A stretch of DNA of 63,932 nt, filler included, from Ministeria vibrans ATCC 50519 (Eukaryota; Protista; Filasterea), in NCBI GenBank assembly GCA_943704425.1. It is 9 parts of 9 records of this genome, joined end to end, with 100 filler letters (N's around TTAATTAATTAA, not from the genome) between each part and the next. Parts side by side here need not be neighbours in the genome. Positions count along the whole stretch, not along the records: positions 53,505 to 57,718 come from CALSCP010000699.1; positions 57,819 to 59,969 come from CALSCP010002474.1; positions 60,070 to 63,932 come from CALSCP010000565.1; 6 more parts are not named here. One strand, 5' to 3'. Numbering within the stretch: the stretch's first letter is position 1; the number at the start of each line of letters is the position of its first letter. The translations under genes and the position numbers were made by a program. Under the pieces are notes generated by a model. The model saw nothing but the letters and a program-made list of their open reading frames with translations. It was not told the origin of the DNA and made no database searches. Shown here piece by piece: positions 53,687 through 63,932 of this stretch.

Positions 53687-54610
53687 ATGTCGCAGCCCGT
53701 CGCTCTCATCCTCCCCACTCCCACTGCTCTGTTGAAACTCATGCCGACGGCGCGCTCTCGTGGCGACATTGCCGAGGTGAAGAATCAGGTCACGCATGCA
53801 CTCTGGGCCCAAGGACAGCGCGTGACGGGTGCATCAGTTGCGACCACTCTGCGGCAACTTCCCCGCCCCACGACTAAGGGCCACGGCATCATTTTTCTGT
53901 TTCAAGAGGACTTTGACTCCCTCCACGCCTTGGCACGTGAGCAAGAATGGGTGAATGTGCCGCTGGATAACATCCGCAACACACAGCTCCGTGTGCAACA
54001 GTACACAGTCAATGACACGCTCACTGTGACCTTCGTACTACCGCCACCCCTACGAGAGTTCCGCTCCATGATGTCGCTGCTGGAGTTTCTCAATGGGGCC
54101 TCGCTGAACACACGAGTGGGCTTTGTCGGGCAGGGCGATGACGCGAGTGAGGGTGCACGGTGGGTGAGACGGGCAACATACGTATCCAAGCGTAGCAAAC
54201 GTCACCCAGTGGACTGTCGGGTGCCCGCGCACGTGTCCGAAGAGGCGTGTGGTGAGACGGAGATGGCCTGTGGGCAAGTTGGCGGGACACTTCTCTATTA
54301 CTACAAGGTGTTTGTGCAGAAGACTGCCTCGGTCGATCCAGACCTGTTCCGTGCCACACTCGCCCCTTTTGCTCTCGAGACGGCTGGAGGAGATGGCGGC
54401 TTTGTGGATGGCTTGAAGCAGATGGTCGACGTGCTGGGTTCCGTGGAGCGCTGTGACTGGTGGCCACCAGCATCGCTTCTGTTTGGAGAGCACACGCGTG
54501 TTGACTTGCCGGAGGGCGTGGAGGAGGACGGTGGAGGCACTAAACGAGAGAGAGACGAGAGTGGAGAGGAAGAGGACGGCGTGGGTGGAGAGGCTAAGAG
54601 AGCGAAGTGA
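53687..54610 (+). CDS. Intronless hypothetical protein (~307 aa), C-terminal acidic/basic NLS-like tail
   Basis: Long open frame with globular composition; no family recognised. Confidence 0.55.
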   Translation: MSQPVALILPTPTALLKLMPTARSRGDIAEVKNQVTHALWAQGQRVTGASVATTLRQLPRPTTKGHGIIFLFQEDFDSLHALAREQEWVNVPLDNIRNTQLRVQQYTVNDTLTVTFVLPPPLREFRSMMSLLEFLNGASLNTRVGFVGQGDDASEGARWVRRATYVSKRSKRHPVDCRVPAHVSEEACGETEMACGQVGGTLLYYYKVFVQKTASVDPDLFRATLAPFALETAGGDGGFVDGLKQMVDVLGSVERCDWWPPASLLFGEHTRVDLPEGVEEDGGGTKRERDESGEEEDGVGGEAKRAK

Positions 54611-54839
54611 GGGTGATGCTGGCGTGCCAGTCTGAGAAGTGAAACGAAATTTAGTGAGTTTAGAGACACTGCGTATGAGGCAAGTAATGCTCGAGTACTG
54701 GGAGGGGACGGCAGAAAAAAATATTCAGTGAGCGTGCGTTTTGCGCCAGGCCACCCTTTGAGTAAGCGGAAGAATACCAAGCTCTTCTTCGAGTATGCAA
54801 TTGCGTTCTCTGGTAAGTAAACGTGAGCACTAGAATAAG

Positions 54840-56315
54840 TCAATCAGACGCTGGTGCCTGTCTGTTACAATGAATATGCTGTTTCTCCAGCTCGGCGTTT
54901 ACCGTAGCGCTAAAGTCCGCCTCAGCCGCCCGCTTTCTTTTCTTTGTCGGTGTGGCGGCGGCAGCGCTTTCAATGGTGAAATCTGCAAACGTTCGCTTCG
55001 ATGCCACCGTGCCAATGGGTGTCTTGTGTGTGGGTGTTGAGGGTGGAGACTGAGTGGCACTTGGCGTAACGGTGGGCGTGGACGCGGCTGGTGGGCGCTG
55101 CAGAGTGTGTTTCGAGGTGGAGAGAGGAGGCGTGTTACTTTCGTCAAAAGTGAACGACGTGTCGGCCCTTCGACGTGTGTCAGTAGCCTCCATAGAAGCT
55201 AGCGTAGTTAGGGTGCTGTTAGATGTGGCTGGCGCGGGTTTTGAGTTTGGTGGCTGCTGTAGCGGAGTGTGTTTTAGAATGGTCAAAGCGTTCGTGTCGT
55301 CGTCGCTGTTGTCGTCAAAGGCAAACGATACGTCCGCTTTTCGAGGAGTGGAAGTAAGATCCATAGACGCCGGTGTACCTGTGGCGTTTGCTGTGGCTGT
55401 CGACACAGTTTTCGACGAGGCAGAGAACTCGGTTGAATGTCGCGCCACCGCTTTTGCAGCACGACGCCCTGGTCTTCGCGGTTCCGTGTGTGGCACAGCT
55501 TTGGTGTGGTCGCGTTCACGGTGCGCAGGCGCGAGTACAGGGGATGTGTCGTCGGGTGTTTCTTTTGTCATTTTCACATTTTTCGTCATTGCAGCTGTGC
55601 TAGGGGTCAGCGCGTTGTGGCGCGATGCTGAACGTGGAATAAGTGAGGGAAGGGGAGGGAGCGTTAGAATATTGAGATGGTGTTTCAAACTCGCAATTCG
55701 CGAACAAGAAAACAGCGCCCACAATTCCAGATTCGCCCAGATTCGCAGCAGAGCAAAACGCTGATGAAAGCACAAACGGTGGGATTTTCACGAAGGCAGA
55801 ATGGTACGGCGGTTTCTTTGTTAAAGGATCCCATCGCCTGCCTAGTCAACACCCCAGAGACAAGAATGTACCGCAAGATTGCGGTGAGCAAGAGGATTGA
55901 TACAGAAAACAAACACCTCTGTATTCACCAAAAGGCTCAGAGACACCATGAGTGTTGGAGAGCAAGGTAGTGTCCGTGATGACACCAACGCTTAAGCCTT
56001 GGCTATCCGTCCCCAGCGCGAAGTTCACAGCGTACTCGTACTCGTTACGAGCCGGCTTCAGTGCTTGTGCGCTCCAGCATCGCTCTTTCCACAAAAACCC
56101 CACTGCCTCGCGGAACAAGTGGTTGTCTGCTCCCTCAGCGTACCTCTCTTCCACATACCACATAAGGAGGAAGGCGTTCCGCTGAGGAACGGTCATATCG
56201 CGACCATCGACAGGTGGTGCTGGCGGGTGAGACAGACAAATGTCGGGGTGAGAATGCGTGCAAGAGGGTATGAGCAGGCGTCACAGATGCGTCCTGCGAG
56301 TTCATCAATCATCAT
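54840..56315 (-). CDS. Hypothetical protein(s): globular 5' exons plus low-complexity S/T/P-rich exon with internal repeat and NLS
   Basis: ORFs 55846-56196 and 54840-55775; duplicated ASM.....R.AD.SF.FD......L...KHT.Q.PP; PTKKRKR. Exon linkage is uncertain. Confidence 0.4.
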
Positions 56316-56444
56316 AGTCAGCAAAGGCCTAGAAGTGTAGTTTCGCCATCGTTGATTACAGTCCTCTTTTGAGCGTTGACTGTTATTGATAAAAAATTTC
56401 TTTTCTTACTCATTTTAATAACAAAATTAAAACCGTGGGTCTTA

Positions 56445-57678
56445 TCACGTATGAGTGGCCAAACGCGCCGCAGAGACAATCAAGGGCACGAGGAAAGCTG
56501 CACATAGCGATATGAAAAACGCTGTAACGCTTTTGGCAGAGACAGTCATAGTCAGAATGTTGAGACGCAAAGGATGCGAATCGAGCGTTGCGAGCGTATA
56601 GATTAACAGGCGCACGGTGCATCGACTGGTCCATCGAGTGCCCGTGCACAGCATACGATCAACACGCAACGCACGCCGCAGCCAGCGCAGCGTATTCAAC
56701 TGGCGACGTGTCACTTCGTTGGTTCTCATAGCGCGAATGAGCACGACGAACGTCATCACCAACATAATGACGATCGTGCCGACCGTGGTGAACACGGCGG
56801 ACATGACGGCCGTATTTAGCAGCGATGTTGTCTTGGCTGTTGCGGTCACGATGAGAAAGATGCTAAAGCCGGTCACGTACACGAATAGGAGCAGCAGCAG
56901 CGACGACAGGCGAGCACCAGCCTCGGCGAACGGAGCCGCAAGGAAGCGGTAGTGGAGGACCAGTCGAATTTGCTCGGCCGGTCGCCTCCAGTTGAACGGC
57001 ACGGGGCGCATAAGTTTTTCAATTGTAATGGCGCCCGTGGCCGGATCGTACAGGTTTGGTGGTGGAGGGTCGTCGTCGACGCGAGGACGGTAGAGAAAGC
57101 GCACAGGTCCGGTGGCCATGGTCATCAGTCCGAGTAGCCTGGACATGCGCAGGTAGAGCTCGTTGAACTTGATGATCAGAGACCACGCTGTGCACGCAAA
57201 CAGCACTAGCACCAGCGCCGACGAGGCGTAGTACGCCACGGATATGAGCACGGAGAGCGCCAATGGCTGCATAGGCATACGAACACACGATGTCGGGTTG
57301 GCGCTCTCGGTACTGTTGCGTAGGTGGTACACAAGCGGCCGTGCGAGCCAAGGCCCACCGGCGATGAGAACCGCACACACGAGGCACAGCGTCAAAAACA
57401 AGAGCGTCGGGGCGTTGAAGATGCGCTGCACACACCTGTGCATCACTGGACCCCCCGCTCCAACGTCCATGTCCGTTAAATTCAGGATGCGAGCACCCAT
57501 TATTATCTTGCTGTCGGAAGAGCCGGTCGGGAAGGGCGAATTGAGCAGAGACGTCTCGATTTCCGCTTCGGTCTGCAGGAAAGGGCTGCTGAAGGCATCA
57601 ATATCAAAATCGCTCTCAACATTGACAGCCGACAGGCTCGCCGAGCGTAGCCGTCGCGATTCCGACAAGACAGACTCC
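56445..57678 (-). CDS. PHTF-like / 7TM ion-channel (gustatory-receptor-like) superfamily membrane protein, C-terminal exon
   Basis: Five predicted TM segments with a long loop between the second and third visible ones. C-terminal TLDSHPLRLNILTMTVS resembles PHTF ELDSPFRLYGLTMNP as I recall it. Confidence 0.55.
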
Positions 57679-57680
57679 CT

Positions 57681-57718
<38 letters not shown>

Positions 57719-57818
57719 NNNNNNNNNNNNNNNNNNNNNNNNNNNNNNNNNNNNNNNNNNNNTTAATTAATTAANNNNNNNNNNNNNNNNNNNNNNNNNN
57801 NNNNNNNNNNNNNNNNNN

Positions 57819-57910
57819 CCTAACCCTAACCCTAACCCTAACCCTAACCCTAACCCTAACCCTAACCCTAACCCTAACCCTAACCCTAACCCTAACCCTA
57901 ACCCTAACCC
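57819..57910 (-). repeat. Telomere: about 15 perfect CCCTAA units at contig start
   Basis: (CCCTAA)n at the contig 5' end, the orientation expected for a left chromosome end. Confidence 0.92.
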
Positions 57911-58101
57911 CTTGTGCTCTCCGTACCGCAGCCGCACAAGCTCGTAGAGCGAGTCGGTGAGTGAGTTGGAGAAGAACTGCATCCGTCTTTTGAGGGGGCG
58001 GATGAGAAATAAAACACAGTATTTTTTTGGCCCTTCTTTCTTTTCTTTCTTTCTTTTATTCTGTGCCAAGCTGTCACTCGCCATCACTCGGGCAGGAGGC
58101 C

Positions 58102-59877
58102 TTAAGTGGCCACCTCGATGAACACATCTTCGGTGAGCTCGTGGAGGGGCACAGCAGTGTGGCCGCGTCGGATGCGGCGACGGTACACGACGGCGGCGAC
58201 GGCCACGATGAGCAGGGCAGCAGTGGTCAGCGAGACGGCGAGCGCCACGACTGCCACATTAGGGCCCATCTGGTTCGCCTGCTTGGCGTCCTGGTGCGTC
58301 TGCGCACCGTCGACCTGCAGGTCCACCTCCACATCCATTGTGGGTTCTGCTTTCGTGGTTGCTTCCGCCAGTGGAGTGTGTGGACCAAAGGTGTTTGTTG
58401 CAGGTGCGGCAACCGACGTAACCTTGAGGCCCTTTGCGGTGCGAACGAACCGCATGTCGCGGTTGAACTGAGCTGTACGGCTGTTCGTGAACTCAACAAT
58501 TTCAACGTCGAGGTACGAGAAGCAGATGCCCGAGTAGAGGACAGTCGCCATGTAGACGTTGGGCTCGCCACTCTCCAGCAGCAGCACATGATTGACGCAA
58601 CAGGCGCGCTGCGTGTTGCACAGATCCGCCTCCATGGTGTAAAGGCCGTGCAGCGGCGCGGAGTGGTCAACGGCAAAACTGATGGGCACTAGAGGGCAGG
58701 ACACGTCGTTGCTATCCCAGTCGACGACCTGCATACGCGAGCTGCACCAGAAACAATCGCTGTCGCTGGTGACAAGGCCGCAGTCCTCTACACACACGCA
58801 CAAGGGGTCATTGTCAGAACGCAGCATCCGTATAAATTGCGTGGATCGATAAGATTTCAGGAGGGCAATTTCGGAATAATCCGAGTTCAAAATCAAACCA
58901 TGTGATATGAGCATTTTGGGACAACATAGTTATGCACAATGCTTACGAGATATGGCTTGAGTCTGCAACTTCAAACTGGTTACGTTGGCGGCACCCTTAA
59001 GACTGCCATCTTTCTGTTGCATCTGCATAAACGCGGGAGATGGCGAAAAAGGCTGGACGATGACTTCTCCGAGCAATGGATCCTTTCCAAAGGACTTCTT
59101 GATAAAGATTCGGACGGTGCAAAGTAGAGGGAGATCGTCGGTCGGTTTTATCTACGGAGAAAGGTATTGGAGTACGTCACAGAGGATTGAGTGTGCGACT
59201 CCCACATATGTACTCCGTAGGATTGCATGCTTACCGTGAATGTGATCTGAGGAGTTCCGAGCTCCAACGGTTGTCCACTGCCCCTGAATGTCACAGGGTC
59301 AGTTTCATCAGAACCGAGTGACACAATATCGCTGATGACATGTCCTGCTTGAATGGCAATCAGAACCCACTGCACCGGATTCCAAAAATCAGCCAGGTCG
59401 GTAGCAACGTCCACCCCGAGGTGCGCAAGGAACTTGGCCACCTCCTTTTCTGCAAAATGCTCAGCTTTTTTCTTCACGCCTGTCTTGATCCCCTTCGCCA
59501 GGCCGGTAGCAAGGGCGGCTCCTAATTTCTGTGGGAAGTCCTTTTCATGAGACACCCTCATTAGCGCATTAAGCAGATCCATCTGGGACCCCGCAAGGCC
59601 GCTGGCCAGCTCGCTATAGGCCTTAGTCATAGACTTTGGCATCGCCTGGCAGTCCACCTGCGCGTACGCACCCTCGTCAGCACCAATGTATTGGTTGACG
59701 GAAGACCCGGTCACAGTTGCCTCGTCCACCGTGATCCCAATCGTCTCTTCTACACGACGTGTTATTGCAGAGTTCTAAACGACAAGACATGCTTTTTGAG
59801 GGCTATCACTGTAACTACTTACCATCGGCGCGCCCGTACACGAAGGCAACGACGGCAAGAAAACAAATTGTTCGCAT
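58102..59877 (-). CDS. Subtelomeric type I membrane/surface protein (multi-exon)
   Basis: Exon 1 signal peptide MRTICFLAVVAFVYG; Cys-containing ectodomain; C-terminal TM VAVVALAVSLTTAALLIVAVAAVVY followed by RRRIRR stop-transfer. Internal exon joins only partly resolved. Confidence 0.65.
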
Positions 59878-60149
59878 TCTGCAAAATGCAAAAAAAATTA
59901 GTGAAACGAGGTTGATATTCCTTCTTTACAAGATTTATGTTTGTGTTGTTTTCCTCTGTCCCCCCCCCCNNNNNNNNNNNNNNNNNNNNNNNNNNNNNNN
60001 NNNNNNNNNNNNNTTAATTAATTAANNNNNNNNNNNNNNNNNNNNNNNNNNNNNNNNNNNNNNNNNNNNGTTTTTTTTTTTTTTTTTTTTTACTGTTTCT
60101 TCCTCTCACACCCTTATCTCTCTGCTGGATGGGAATTGTTCTGCGACAG

Positions 60150-63673
<3,524 letters not shown>

Positions 63674-63801
63674 AACATGTAATTTAATTCTTCTCCTATT
63701 CAAGTTTCTTGATACATTTTCATTTTAACGTGCGAGTTCCCTTCAGTGATGAAGTTCAAAACATGATTGAGTTTGCATTTTATTAGTTAGTGGTTGTTAC
63801 G

Positions 63802-63932
<131 letters not shown>

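Overview
Intron-rich eukaryotic genomic DNA with canonical GT-AG introns, TTAGGG telomeres and (CA)n/(GA)n microsatellites. Gene content (G-alpha, RGS, INTS5, ARSK, UQCC2) suggests a unicellular amorphean or holozoan-like protist; this taxonomy is inference. The window is not one locus: nine contigs are joined by artificial N-TTAATTAATTAA-N linkers at about 7734, 17416, 20796, 35368, 45209, 53405, 57719 and 59970, so adjacency across linkers means nothing. Most genes are compact housekeeping genes: INTS5, mitochondrial EF-G2, AP-1 sigma, NOC2, a J-protein, LUC7, U2AF65, UQCC2, MPI, delta-COP, G-alpha, ARSK, an AidB-like ACAD, a TLDc protein, BCCIP and lipin. The most notable items are: (1) an APAF-1-like STAND/WD40 protein whose N-terminal effector looks like a DUF4559/CXorf38-type HEPN RNase (RNKWAH) and whose P-loop is degenerate, on an accessory contig that also has a TIR/TSD-bounded MITE, an LRR pseudogene, a bacterial-type DUF285 surface protein and an interstitial telomere tract; (2) a START-RGS-START protein; (3) a PHTF/7TM ion-channel-like protein; (4) a U2AF65 with an N-terminal HeH/SAP-like domain; (5) highly homogeneous ARM and WD40 repeat arrays; (6) a chromosome end with a surface-protein gene about 190 bp from the telomere. 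All family assignments come from motif recognition by eye, with no database searches, and exon boundaries were inferred by hand.
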